A stretch of DNA of 64,000 bases from contig JAPDJO010000029.1 of assembly GCA_029259115.1 (NCBI GenBank), positions 1 through 64,000 of the forward strand, in the 5' to 3' direction. Source of the DNA: Thermoplasmatota archaeon (GTDB lineage: Archaea; Thermoplasmatota; E2; DHVEG-1; B18-G2). Numbering within the stretch: the stretch's first letter is position 1; each line of letters begins with the position of its first letter. The notes under the pieces were generated by a model. That model was not told the DNA's origin. It saw only the letters and a list, made by a program, of their open reading frames with translations, and made no database searches. The position numbers were made by a program, and so were the translations under genes. Of the stretch, positions 9,504 to 19,551 are shown in pieces.

Positions 9504-10004
9504 CTATTTCTTTACCTTAACTTCCTCTATTTTGTAATCGCCAGCTTCTATCTTTGGTTTTTTCTTGATGAAAAAGTATACCTTTGGGATACTTCCCACC
9601 AAGATTATTGCTACAAAAAGTGAAATCAGGGTTATTAACTTCTCTTTACTCATTTGGTGTCCAACTATCTCGGTGAATACAAAGTAGAAGAGTAAAACAA
9701 ACATTGCCAAGACAATTGAGCCATGAATATTTGCTATCACAAGCGTTCTAAACTCTTCTTCGTGCAGCCTTTCCAGCCAAGAGTATGCTAATGATCCTTT
9801 TCTGGTCAACAAAATCGAGATCAAAATAGCAATAGCCCATATCGTTACTATTATCCATCCAAGGTTATACAACATTTTCTGGATATTGATCTCCTCTCCT
9901 GCCTTACTTGCAAATATGAAATAGAAGATGAGGGATATCATTGAGATATCGATTAGTGCAAATATGTTCATTATTATCAGTATCTTGGTTCCTGTCCTTA
10001 CCAC
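9504..10004 (-). CDS. Hypothetical membrane protein (4 TM)
   Basis: Four hydrophobic segments; directly downstream of the AIM24 gene. Confidence 0.75.
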   Translation of the reverse strand: MVRTGTKILIIMNIFALIDISMISLIFYFIFASKAGEEINIQKMLYNLGWIIVTIWAIAILISILLTRKGSLAYSWLERLHEEEFRTLVIANIHGSIVLAMFVLLFYFVFTEIVGHQMSKEKLITLISLFVAIILVGSIPKVYFFIKKKPKIEAGDYKIEEVKVKK

Positions 10005-10015
10005 TTTTTTTTCAC

Positions 10016-10729
10016 CTATATCTTTATTGTTATTCCTCCTCTGCTGCCAGAGGTTTGTCTTGGTAAGAATGGCGCCAGCGCTGATGCCAGATTTGCCAAA
10101 CTCATAGATTGCAGGATAACCTTCCCCGGACCTTTTAATGTTGTTAAGAATATCCCTTCTCCGCCAAAGAACATGGTCTTTATTCCTTTTACTCTCTCTA
10201 TGTCAAAAGTAACTGTGGAGTCCCAGCCAACAACACTACCTGTATCAACCTTCAGAATCTGATCTTCTTTGAGATCAAACTCAACAAAATCTCCACAAGC
10301 ATGTATAAAAGCCAGACCTTCTCCGTAAAGTCTCTCGAGTATGAATCCTTCTCCTCCGAAGAAGGCAGCTCCCAATCTTCTTTGGAACGCAATATCTATG
10401 TTCACAGAATCTTGAGCACATAGGAAAGCATCTTTTTGAGCTATAAACTCTTTATCTGGAGAGATCTCTATAGGTTTTATTGTTCCAGGTGCATTTCCAG
10501 CGAAAGCTACCAGTCCAGTTCCTCCCACAGATGAGAATTCTGTCATAAAGAAAGTCTCTCCAACCGCTTTCCTTTTCAATGCTTCTAGAAATCCTCCCCT
10601 AGCCTTTGCTTCCATGTTTATGTTTCCGCTCATATAGACCATTGATCCTGCTTCTCCATACACCTTCTCGCCAGGCTCCAACTCTATGGTAACAATCTGC
10701 AGATTATCTCCCGTTATTTTGTATTTCAT
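10016..10729 (-). CDS. AIM24/TIGR00266 family protein
   Basis: EAGSMVYM, FFGGEGF repeated, GPGKVILQS. Confidence 0.9.
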   Translation of the reverse strand: MKYKITGDNLQIVTIELEPGEKVYGEAGSMVYMSGNINMEAKARGGFLEALKRKAVGETFFMTEFSSVGGTGLVAFAGNAPGTIKPIEISPDKEFIAQKDAFLCAQDSVNIDIAFQRRLGAAFFGGEGFILERLYGEGLAFIHACGDFVEFDLKEDQILKVDTGSVVGWDSTVTFDIERVKGIKTMFFGGEGIFLTTLKGPGKVILQSMSLANLASALAPFLPRQTSGSRGGITIKI

Positions 10730-10807
10730 CCTATCACCCACATGGAAAAATCTTCTAGATTTTTTAAGTTTTTCACAGTTAGAAATATAAAATCTGTTTT
10801 ATAATTA

Positions 10808-10837
10808 GGTAACAATTGTACAGAAAGATGTTTAAAA
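10808..10837 (+). promoter_or_regulatory. Conserved motif GGTAACAATTGTACA plus TATA box (site A)
   Basis: Motif 10808-10822; TTTAAAA at 10831; same architecture at 52196-52210 and 58818-58832. Confidence 0.7.
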
Positions 10838-10859
10838 GAACTAAACAAAAGGTAAACTG

Positions 10860-11006
10860 ATGAAAGTCATCGGTCTCATAACTAGTATGAAAGAAGCAAA
10901 AGAGCTTGAGTATATAGCAAAGGTTAGAATCGTAGTGAATAGAATCCATCTTCTTGCCATGATTGGAAAAGCAAGGAGCGAGAGGAGGAAAGGATTTAGT
11001 TTGTAG
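10860..11006 (+). CDS. Small protein (48 aa), paralogue of 52039..52143
   Basis: MKVIGLITSMKEAKELEYIAKVRIVVNRIHLLAMIGKARSERRKGFSL*; 13/34 ungapped identities to the paralogue; own promoter. Confidence 0.7.
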   Translation: MKVIGLITSMKEAKELEYIAKVRIVVNRIHLLAMIGKARSERRKGFSL

Positions 11007-11067
11007 TCTTTAAAATGTTCAATCATTTATCGAAGATTTAAAAATGCTTATTCCTTTAACCTCAACC

Positions 11068-11940
11068 ATGACTGTACTTATAGTATCTTCGACGGAAGAT
11101 CCAGCTAGTACAAACATCAAGAAGTTTCTCCTTGAGATTGGTGATTGGAACAAATTTGGTGAGATCTTCTCTCATCCGGTATATCTAGATGAAAACATAG
11201 ACTCTATAATTGTAACTATAGATGACCGTCACATAAGGCATGAAAACATCGATAAAGAAGTTATCGAGGAACTGAATATAAGCGTAGATCTGCTAATTGT
11301 TGTGTCCAGACATAGGAGTAAAACCGGAGAACCTACTCTAACAACTCATCCTCTTGGTAACTTCGGAGAGGCAAAATTTGGTGGAAGAGATAGAACTTTT
11401 GTTAAGTCATCTCCAAAGCTGATGACAGAACTGCTTAGATTATTGAAAAAACATGCGAGGTTAGATAATCTATATCATCAAGTAAGCTTTGAGGTTACAC
11501 ATCATGGTCCTTTTGTAGAGGTTCCTGCTCTCTTTGTAGAGGTTGGAAGTACAGAAGAGGAGTGGAGAAATGAAAAACCCGCAAGGAGCGTAGCCAAGGC
11601 AGTGTATGAACTTCTTTCCAATTATAGATCTGAAAGTGATCTTTCTGAGGAGATACCTGTGCTGATTGGAATAGGCGGCGGGCACTATGCTCCGAGATTT
11701 ACGGATCTAGCTTTTGAAAAGAAGGTGGCTTTTGGGCACATGATACCTAGTTATCAAATAGAGGCTGGATTGGTCGACGAAGAGATAATCAAAAAGTGTA
11801 TAGAGGCAACACCAGGATTCAGCGGAGTATATATACATAGAAAAGCTCTGAAAAAATCTGAGGTTAGAGAGTTTGAGAGGATGTTTGAAGATATGCAAAT
11901 AAGGGTTTTCAGATCTGCTGATCTATCTCCTTTATCTTAG
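11068..11940 (+). CDS. dtdA: D-aminoacyl-tRNA deacylase (archaeal DTD2)
   Basis: DPAS.NI, SRHRS, LTTH..GN, EVTHHGP, FVEVGS, GGGHYAP. Confidence 0.93.
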   Translation: MTVLIVSSTEDPASTNIKKFLLEIGDWNKFGEIFSHPVYLDENIDSIIVTIDDRHIRHENIDKEVIEELNISVDLLIVVSRHRSKTGEPTLTTHPLGNFGEAKFGGRDRTFVKSSPKLMTELLRLLKKHARLDNLYHQVSFEVTHHGPFVEVPALFVEVGSTEEEWRNEKPARSVAKAVYELLSNYRSESDLSEEIPVLIGIGGGHYAPRFTDLAFEKKVAFGHMIPSYQIEAGLVDEEIIKKCIEATPGFSGVYIHRKALKKSEVREFERMFEDMQIRVFRSADLSPLS

Positions 11941-12847
11941 ATTTTGCTAATATGTGAGCTTGTCTTAAAGGTTCAGGTATTCTGTATTTCAAAAATCTTT
12001 TGACTATATCTATCGATGTTTCCATAGAAACTCTGTGTCCTGGAGAGATGAATATCGGTCTTTTTGATGAGTATAAAACATACCCTATCTTATCTCCCTT
12101 ATCAAAGATGTATCTACCTTCAATTTCACCATGAAGCAGATTTTTTGCAACGCCAATCGTTGGGATATCTAGAACTATCCCTAGATGGGATGCTATCCCT
12201 ATCCTGTAAGGATGAAGTATTCCGTTACCATCTACTAGAAATATTGAAGGTCTTTCTTTCACCCGGTTTATGAGTTTCTCAAACAATGGCAACTCTCTAT
12301 ATGCTAAATACGTTGGAACATACGGAAATTTTATTTCATCTGTGATCCAAACTCTATCCATAACATTTCCTAGTCTATCCATAATCACACAAGCCGCACA
12401 TGCCAATCTTCTCTTCCTACTCGAGTAAGCGACATCCAATCCCCCTATCGTCTCTATATCATCAAAGTCATCTTCTATCCTGACTTTCTTACTCAACTCC
12501 AACTGTTCCTTCCTGAGTCTCTTTAAAGGATATTCGCTGACAAAATTATCAAAAAATACCTCATCAAAGTTGACTATCTTACCATCAATGACTTTTATTC
12601 CATCCTTTTCTAACCTTCTTATCTTTTCTTCAATTCCTAAACCAAATCCACCTAAAGTTCCATCTGAATTTACTACTTTATAGCATGGAGTGAAATCAGG
12701 ATTAGGGTTTTGATTCAAAGCAAAACCAACAGCTCTCGAAGCTCTTATGTCTCCAAGAGCTTTAGCTATAGCTCCATAAGTAGATACTTTACCCCTAGGT
12801 ATCTGTCTAGTTAATCTATAAACTTCTTCGAACAGATCTATCTCCAC
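11909..12847 (-). CDS. O6-alkylguanine-DNA alkyltransferase / endonuclease V fusion
   Basis: N-terminal IPRGKVSTYG..A...RAVG..L..NP...PCYKVV; C-terminal GLDVAY, PYVPTYLAYRE, VDGNG.LHP, GVAK, PEPLRQAH. Confidence 0.92.
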   Translation of the reverse strand: MEIDLFEEVYRLTRQIPRGKVSTYGAIAKALGDIRASRAVGFALNQNPNPDFTPCYKVVNSDGTLGGFGLGIEEKIRRLEKDGIKVIDGKIVNFDEVFFDNFVSEYPLKRLRKEQLELSKKVRIEDDFDDIETIGGLDVAYSSRKRRLACAACVIMDRLGNVMDRVWITDEIKFPYVPTYLAYRELPLFEKLINRVKERPSIFLVDGNGILHPYRIGIASHLGIVLDIPTIGVAKNLLHGEIEGRYIFDKGDKIGYVLYSSKRPIFISPGHRVSMETSIDIVKRFLKYRIPEPLRQAHILAKSKIKEIDQQI

Positions 12848-12981
12848 AGATATGGATATTTTCGTTCGTGTTTAAAATTGTTAACCTGCAAGCCCAAACT
12901 TTTATAAATCAAAATATTACTAAATTGACATTATTAAATTAAAATATCTTGTTTGAAAGAAAAGACAAGGGGTGAAAGCGA

Positions 12982-14136
12982 ATGAGGAAAATAAAAATCT
13001 ATGTGACTTTAGCTATCTTGTTTATGTTAGTCCTCATGCCAGTACCTTCAACAGCAGATGTAAATATAGAGGGACGATCCAAAAAAGCATATACCTGTGA
13101 TACCGTGGACGGGGATTATGAATATAAAATAGCAAAGATGACTATAAGTCCAGGTGATTTTCCTTGGTATAAGCCAAAGCTCTCCATTAAGTGGTATATT
13201 GAGTCTGGAGAAAGATTCGTTGCTCCCCATTCCCCAAAAAAGATCAAATTCATTGTAGAATGGAAAATAGCTAATGACGCTGCCCCATGGCCAGATGAAG
13301 TATGGAAATTTTCCTTTAAACTGGTTTGCAGAGATAAATCGATCTATCACCTTATCAATTATGTAATAGGAACTGATAAATATGAAAGACATGACAGAAT
13401 CGGAGTTGAGGACGGTGGAAGTGGCAAATTAGAAATAGCGTTTTGTCCAAGAGACAAGGTCCCCTGGATCTTTGATTATGGTAACCAAACTTCGGCTATG
13501 GTATATGCAGTTCTCTCTATGAAGTACGAGAGAGGAGGAAAGAAATGGACAAAAGATAGTGATGCTGTTGGTATGGAGATATATTTGGAGAATGCTCCTC
13601 CATCTAAACCTATACTCTCTGGACCACGCACATTAGAGCCAGATGAAGTTGGCGTATTCAAAGCTTACTCAACAGACCCAGAGGGAGACACCATCCAGTA
13701 TCAATTTAAGTTTGGTGATCATGTCACTAAATGGAGTGGACCACGAGCATCTGGAGAAGAAATTGTCATGACTTACTCTTGGGATTCATATTATAAGGGT
13801 AAAACTATTAGTGTGAAAGTTAGAGCGAGAGATACTTATACACCCTGTAAAGTAACGGAGTGGACCGAGATAAAGGTTAAAATTACGAAAAACAAGGATA
13901 TACAAGTGTCCCAAAGGACTTCACGAATGAGGCAAGCGAACAAACCTATCATTCCAATGAGATCGTTTCACCCTTCTGAAAATTTATTGATACATGCTAT
14001 ACTGAAACATTTCCATAGATCGATGATGACAAAAGATGTTATCATCTCACACCTTCCACCATTCACTGATTACAATCAGGAATCTTCAGGAGGTTATAAA
14101 AGGGCGAATTATCATGAAAAATCTTCGTTAGGTTGA
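12982..14136 (+). CDS. Secreted protein with PKD-like domain
   Basis: Signal peptide; N.PP.KP.L.GP...STDPEGD.I.Y.F.FGD...W. Confidence 0.8.
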   Translation: MRKIKIYVTLAILFMLVLMPVPSTADVNIEGRSKKAYTCDTVDGDYEYKIAKMTISPGDFPWYKPKLSIKWYIESGERFVAPHSPKKIKFIVEWKIANDAAPWPDEVWKFSFKLVCRDKSIYHLINYVIGTDKYERHDRIGVEDGGSGKLEIAFCPRDKVPWIFDYGNQTSAMVYAVLSMKYERGGKKWTKDSDAVGMEIYLENAPPSKPILSGPRTLEPDEVGVFKAYSTDPEGDTIQYQFKFGDHVTKWSGPRASGEEIVMTYSWDSYYKGKTISVKVRARDTYTPCKVTEWTEIKVKITKNKDIQVSQRTSRMRQANKPIIPMRSFHPSENLLIHAILKHFHRSMMTKDVIISHLPPFTDYNQESSGGYKRANYHEKSSLG

Positions 14137-14371
14137 GTTTTTCTGCTCCGAATATGCATGGACCAATTAACGGAATAGCATAAAATATCTATTAGATGGG
14201 GCTCTGCTATCAAATCATCTCCCTATATTTTAGGAAATCGCTGATAATACTTCAACAGAAGTGTTTCGCTGGTATCAATCATCAATAGTTTCTTGTAAAT
14301 ACAACATAAAAATATAAAAATGGAAAAATTTATAATAAACTACATCTTTTAGGAAAGAAAGGTGATACACA

Positions 14372-15457
14372 ATGAAAAAATTCCTGCCACTCTTCGTAAT
14401 CATAATCGCTGGTGCGGTCTTATTTTCTCCTGGGTTAGAAGCTTTCGGGAAACATAGCACTATTCAAAAGTGGAAAGAGATAAAACTTTCTGATGATCCA
14501 CTTGTTGGGGAGATGTGGTATGGTGGGCAGGGACAGGTCAAGATTACTCCATACTATGACATTATTGAGATACCTTTAATTAAGGGGCAGGAAGTAGAAA
14601 AAACTTTCAGCGTTTACTGTGATTTTGATGATCCTCCTTCAATCTATCCAGAGAGTTGCACTTTTAAGCTTATACACATAAACTCTCAGGGGGAGAAAAA
14701 AGAGGTGTCTAAATACTGCAAAGATCGATGGGGAAAAGATGATAACACCAAGTACGATGGATATCTGTATATAACGTGCAAGTTCAAGCTGACGGGACTC
14801 CAACCCCAAATCGAAACATTGCGATTAGAAGTTGTCGATCATGCTCCAGCTGTTGACGATGTGTATTATAGAGATATTGTTCTCAAGATCTATGAAGTAA
14901 AATTAAATCCAGACATAGAAATAGTGAAGCCAAAAAGAGGACACAAATATGTAAATGACAGGGATACAGGTCCCTCGCAAGATGGAAATACCTATGTCGT
15001 GGGCCCTTTGACTATCAAGGCAGAAGTACCGACATCCTGGGTCGCCCCAATAGAGAATGTCAACGGTGAAGTTTGGGTTGAATTCTTTGTCAATGGTAGG
15101 AGAATAGGCACAGACTACGATTATGTTCTCCAAGGCGATAAATGCCTATACAGTTATAGATGGTCTGGTCCGGACAAAATTACAGGATTCACATTAAAAG
15201 TTGTAGCGTACGATAGTTTCGGCAATGCAGCATCAGATAGTATATACGTATATGGTTCAAAGGGTAGGAATCTCATAAATAGCAATACCATGAGGACGTT
15301 TCACCCCCAGATTGTAAGAAATATGTTAAAGACTTTGCTCTTCCTAAAAGGTACTGATCACGATCTCCCAAAACTAACAAAAGATATGTTTCTAATCGGA
15401 TATGTGAACAGAGGAAATCCGTCAACGACTTTTTCTTCAGATATTCTCCTCCAGTGA
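14372..15457 (+). CDS. Secreted protein with Ig-like domain
   Basis: Signal peptide; VEFFVNG..IGTD...YSY.W...LKVVAYD..GN.ASD. Confidence 0.8.
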   Translation: MKKFLPLFVIIIAGAVLFSPGLEAFGKHSTIQKWKEIKLSDDPLVGEMWYGGQGQVKITPYYDIIEIPLIKGQEVEKTFSVYCDFDDPPSIYPESCTFKLIHINSQGEKKEVSKYCKDRWGKDDNTKYDGYLYITCKFKLTGLQPQIETLRLEVVDHAPAVDDVYYRDIVLKIYEVKLNPDIEIVKPKRGHKYVNDRDTGPSQDGNTYVVGPLTIKAEVPTSWVAPIENVNGEVWVEFFVNGRRIGTDYDYVLQGDKCLYSYRWSGPDKITGFTLKVVAYDSFGNAASDSIYVYGSKGRNLINSNTMRTFHPQIVRNMLKTLLFLKGTDHDLPKLTKDMFLIGYVNRGNPSTTFSSDILLQ

Positions 15458-15684
15458 TCTCCGCCTTTCCAAGAACTGCTTTATTGGGATCATAGAAACA
15501 TATCAAGGGTCTTTACTGTAATTAAATTTTCAAGTTATTGATCACACGATCATGGTCTAATAATATCTCTTGTAAGCAGGACTCAGATGTATTTCCCTAA
15601 TAAATATGACTGAGTTGATCGGTCTGGAAAAGTAAGTCGATACCAGCGGATAATTTAATAGCCTCTTTCTTATTCAAAAACTTG

Positions 15685-16458
15685 ATGGATTTCATCAAAT
15701 TTTTAGGTACTGCAGGTGCAAGATTCGTGATGATAAAGCAACTCAGATCATCTGGAGGTATTTGGGTATCTTTAGACGATACAAACATACTAATAGATCC
15801 CGGTCCAGGCTCTCTTATAAGGTGTTTGTCAAGTAAGCCAAGGTTAGATCCAAAAAATCTAGATGGTATAATCCTAACTCATAGACATATCGATCATTCG
15901 AATGATATAAATCTAATGATCGAAGCCATGACTAATGGTGGTTTCAAGAAGAAGGGAAAGGTTTTTGCTCCTAAAGATGCTCTCGAGGATGAACCTGTGA
16001 TATTTAGATATGCGAGGGAACAGGTTGAAGAGATAATAGAGCTGCACGAAGGTAAGGAGTATAGTATCAAAAACATAAGATTTGATACTCCTGTAAAACA
16101 TCTACATGGTGTGGAAACCTACGGGATAAACATATATGGTAAAGGTATCACGATCTCTCTCATATCTGATACAAAATATTTTGATGGATTGGAAAGTTTT
16201 TACAAGGGGGATATATTGATACTAAATGTAATCCGCCTGGAGCCAAGAGATGACATACTTCACCTCTCCCTGAAAGATGCTGAAAAGATCATTTCCAAGA
16301 ATAGACCTAAACTTTCTGTACTTACTCACTTTGGTATGACTATGCTCAAAGCAAAACCTTGGGAAGTAGCAGAGAGTCTATCTAAAAAACTGAATCTCAA
16401 AGTGGTAGCAGCCAATGATGGGATGGTGATTGATATTGAAAAGTATAGAAGCAAGTGA
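15685..16458 (+). CDS. Metallo-beta-lactamase fold hydrolase
   Basis: FLGT.G, IDPGPG, THRHIDHSND, SDT, LTHFG. Confidence 0.9.
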   Translation: MDFIKFLGTAGARFVMIKQLRSSGGIWVSLDDTNILIDPGPGSLIRCLSSKPRLDPKNLDGIILTHRHIDHSNDINLMIEAMTNGGFKKKGKVFAPKDALEDEPVIFRYAREQVEEIIELHEGKEYSIKNIRFDTPVKHLHGVETYGINIYGKGITISLISDTKYFDGLESFYKGDILILNVIRLEPRDDILHLSLKDAEKIISKNRPKLSVLTHFGMTMLKAKPWEVAESLSKKLNLKVVAANDGMVIDIEKYRSK

Positions 16459-18382
16459 GATAGAACTATTTCCTTACAAGCCGAGAAAATTTCAGAGAGA
16501 GATAGTTCTAGCTATAAGGGAGAGTTTAGAGAGTGGTACACCTCTCGTTTTAGAGTCTGGGACAGGATCTGGAAAAACAGTTTGTGCGGTATCCCAAGCT
16601 CTGAAGTTTTCTATTGAAAATGGAAAGAAGATAATCTATATAACTAGAACAAATGCTCAGCAAAGACAGGTTATAACCGAGGTAAGGAATATAAGAAAGA
16701 GGTTCCCGGAATTTAAAGAAGACATCTTTACTGTTGGTGTGCAGGGAAGGGCTCACACATGTTTACTAGCTAGGTCTGATCCAGAGTTAAGCAAAGGATC
16801 GGCGGAGGAGCTATCAAGGTTTTGTTCTGAGATGAAGAAGAGAAAACGAGGGGATGGTTGTCCTTATTTCGAGAATATGAATGATAAATTCGATGAAGTT
16901 GAAAAATTGGGAGAATGGATAAAAGATTATATTCCTACAACGGAAGAGATTATAGAGAGATGTAGAACCCTGGTAATGTGTCCATATGAATTGAACAAAA
17001 TCATGGTTGGGGATGCAAATCTAGTTGTGGCTCCCTACATCTATGTTTTTGATGATCGCCTCAGAAATCTGCTGTTAGATCTCATGGGCGTTAGCGAAGA
17101 GGATGCAGTCCTGATAATTGATGAAGCCCATAATCTACCAGAGTATCTCAGAGATTTGCTATCTTCATATCTCAGCGTTTATGCCGTGAATCAATGTATA
17201 ACTGAAAGTGAGAGATTTGGAGATCCATTTATTTTCAAAAGCATCAAGCTTTCGAATTTCTTGCTTGTAGTGAGAGATGCGATTGATCAAATAAGAAGTG
17301 ATTTCTTGAGAGAGAATGAAAATGATGCTCTTCTTAGCGAAGACACGTTTTTATCCATCATATCAGATTCTTTAGATATCACTAGAAAGGATATAAGATC
17401 GATAGCTGAACAATTGGTATTAATTGGAGAGGAGATAAAGGAGATAAAACAAAGGGAGAAGAAATTACCGAGATCTTATATCTATAGGCTAGGTGTTTTT
17501 CTCCTATCGTGGATAGATATGGACGATGAGAGATTTGTGAGATTAGTAGTTGATGAAACCGAAGGAAAAAATCCAAGGATAGAGATATACTGTCTAGATC
17601 CATCCTTGGGAGCAGAGCCTATCGAAAGGTTTCATACCTCTATCCACATGTCAGGAACCCTCTCGCCTCTGGAAGAGTATAAAGACTCTCTATCTCTCCC
17701 TGAAGACACTAGGCTTTTGTCTTTTCCCTCTCCCTTTCCCAAAGAGAACAGAAAAATCATTTACTCTCCAGCAGTATCAACGAAATACGAAGAGATAAAG
17801 TTCTCTGATGATATGGTGGATAAAATAAAGAGTATGATCGTGGAGATCTGCAATAACTTTAACAGAAATACAATAGTATTTTTCCCAAGCTTTGATTTGA
17901 TGAACGATTTCATAAACAGGGGATTAGTTAAAGAGATTAAAAGAACAATCTACCTAGAAAGAAGAGAGATGAGACAAGATGAACTCATGGATATCGTGCT
18001 TAAATTCAAAAAGGGTAGAGGAAAGGGAAATGTAATGCTATCTGTGGTTGGTGGGAGGATAAGTGAAGGAATGGATTTTCCAGCTGAGGAACTTGAGATA
18101 GCAATAATCGTAGGAATACCCTATCCCAGACCAACAGCTAGGCAGAAGGCTCTACAAAACTACTATGACAAGAAGTTTGGAAAGGGATGGGAATATGCAG
18201 TGAATGCGCCCACAGCCAGAAAATTACTCCAATCAATAGGCAGACTGATAAGAGATGAAAAGGATAGAGGTATAGCCGTGATTTTAGATAGGAGAGCATC
18301 TAGATTTAGAAAATATCTGGGTGATCTGAAGATATCTGGAGGGATAATCAAGGATATCAGAGATTTTTTGGAAGCAGGTTAG
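16430..18382 (+). CDS. xpd: XPD/Rad3/DinG family FeS helicase
   Basis: ESGTGSGKT, four FeS Cys, DEAHN, SGTL, EGMDF, QSIGRLIR. Confidence 0.92.
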   Translation: MILKSIEASEIELFPYKPRKFQREIVLAIRESLESGTPLVLESGTGSGKTVCAVSQALKFSIENGKKIIYITRTNAQQRQVITEVRNIRKRFPEFKEDIFTVGVQGRAHTCLLARSDPELSKGSAEELSRFCSEMKKRKRGDGCPYFENMNDKFDEVEKLGEWIKDYIPTTEEIIERCRTLVMCPYELNKIMVGDANLVVAPYIYVFDDRLRNLLLDLMGVSEEDAVLIIDEAHNLPEYLRDLLSSYLSVYAVNQCITESERFGDPFIFKSIKLSNFLLVVRDAIDQIRSDFLRENENDALLSEDTFLSIISDSLDITRKDIRSIAEQLVLIGEEIKEIKQREKKLPRSYIYRLGVFLLSWIDMDDERFVRLVVDETEGKNPRIEIYCLDPSLGAEPIERFHTSIHMSGTLSPLEEYKDSLSLPEDTRLLSFPSPFPKENRKIIYSPAVSTKYEEIKFSDDMVDKIKSMIVEICNNFNRNTIVFFPSFDLMNDFINRGLVKEIKRTIYLERREMRQDELMDIVLKFKKGRGKGNVMLSVVGGRISEGMDFPAEELEIAIIVGIPYPRPTARQKALQNYYDKKFGKGWEYAVNAPTARKLLQSIGRLIRDEKDRGIAVILDRRASRFRKYLGDLKISGGIIKDIRDFLEAG

Positions 18383-18533
18383 GAATACCATCCTTTATCT
18401 CATAACTAACGTTGCACTTTTTACATATCAGCTCTCCTTCGATTATCTCGTCATCTTCTTCTCTTTTCACCTTGAGTTCAAGATCTCCCTTACAGACAGG
18501 ACAACATATTATATCCATGAGATCCCTCTTCAT
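18357..18533 (-). CDS. Trm112-like methyltransferase activator (not in ORF track)
   Basis: MKRDLMDIICCPVCKGDL...EIIEGELICKKCNVSYEIKDGIPNLLPKNL*. Confidence 0.92.
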   Translation of the reverse strand: MKRDLMDIICCPVCKGDLELKVKREEDDEIIEGELICKKCNVSYEIKDGIPNLLPKNL

Positions 18534-18534
18534 A

Positions 18535-19551
18535 CTACACCTCTCCTATATAGAAATGTTTCCTCTTTTTAAGATCGTTATCCCATATTAAACTCCAATT
18601 ATTTTCCCTGTGCTTTTTCTCCCCCTCTATCTTCTGAGCATGATATTTTATCTGAGAATCCATCAGATCAGCGTAATGTAAAACCAAAGCCTCTAGAAGT
18701 TTTGGTATCTCTGGGGAGCCCCACTCGCGCCTTCCATGATGGCTGAGAATCATATGTGAAAGTAACATCTGGAGGTTTTCTGGAAAATCTATACCTTCCG
18801 ATCTCAACTCATTTATCTTTTCTCTAATCTTTCTTTCTCCCAGGATTATGTGTCCCGCAAGGATACCCTCATCTGTCTTCTCGCATAAGAGATAGGGTTT
18901 GTACTCAAAGGATTTTCCTATATCGTGAAGCATGGCTCCAGTTAGTAAAAGATCTCTGTTTAGATCTTTATTTATCTTTGATATCGCATCACATATCCTT
19001 ACAACATTTAAGGTATGCTCGAGGTTTCCACCGATGTAGTTGTGATGATGATCTATGGATGAAGGGGTTCTCGTGAATTTTTCTATAAATTCTTCGTCGT
19101 AAAATATCTTCTTTAGGAGAGATTTTAGATAAACATTATCTATGCTATCTATGTAATCTCTTAACTCAGATAACATACTCTCTATCTCAGTATTACTTAA
19201 AGATGGTACCAAGTCTTCTATCCGAACATTCTCTCTATCTATCCTTTCGATATTATCTAAGGAATTCAAGTATATCTTTATCTCACCATTTTTATCATCA
19301 ACCACACCCTCTCTAATGAATATGAAGTCACCAGGTTTTATGATATTGATGAAATCGTCTCTATTGAGGTTTTTGTTTGTAAAAGCGATCTTTATCTCTC
19401 CGGTTTTATCACAAATCAATACCTCTAAATTATCTTTGGGAATGATTTTTCTCACGAGAAAGACATCACTTACCGAATACCCAATCTTCAGATTTTCGAT
19501 GAACTGTTTTTTCCTCATAAGTCTGGTCTTTTTCACTTTCCTCCCCTTCAC
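18535..19551 (-). CDS. YhaM/Cbf1-like 3'-5' exoribonuclease (OB fold + HD domain)
   Basis: DKTGEI, HHHNYIGG.LEHT, LHDIGK, ILSHHG..EWGSP, HYAD. Confidence 0.88.
   Translation of the reverse strand: MKGRKVKKTRLMRKKQFIENLKIGYSVSDVFLVRKIIPKDNLEVLICDKTGEIKIAFTNKNLNRDDFINIIKPGDFIFIREGVVDDKNGEIKIYLNSLDNIERIDRENVRIEDLVPSLSNTEIESMLSELRDYIDSIDNVYLKSLLKKIFYDEEFIEKFTRTPSSIDHHHNYIGGNLEHTLNVVRICDAISKINKDLNRDLLLTGAMLHDIGKSFEYKPYLLCEKTDEGILAGHIILGERKIREKINELRSEGIDFPENLQMLLSHMILSHHGRREWGSPEIPKLLEALVLHYADLMDSQIKYHAQKIEGEKKHRENNWSLIWDNDLKKRKHFYIGEV

Noticed and set aside
10841-11026. 61-aa minus-strand ORF in the track
   Set aside because: Antisense to the better-supported 48-aa plus-strand microprotein
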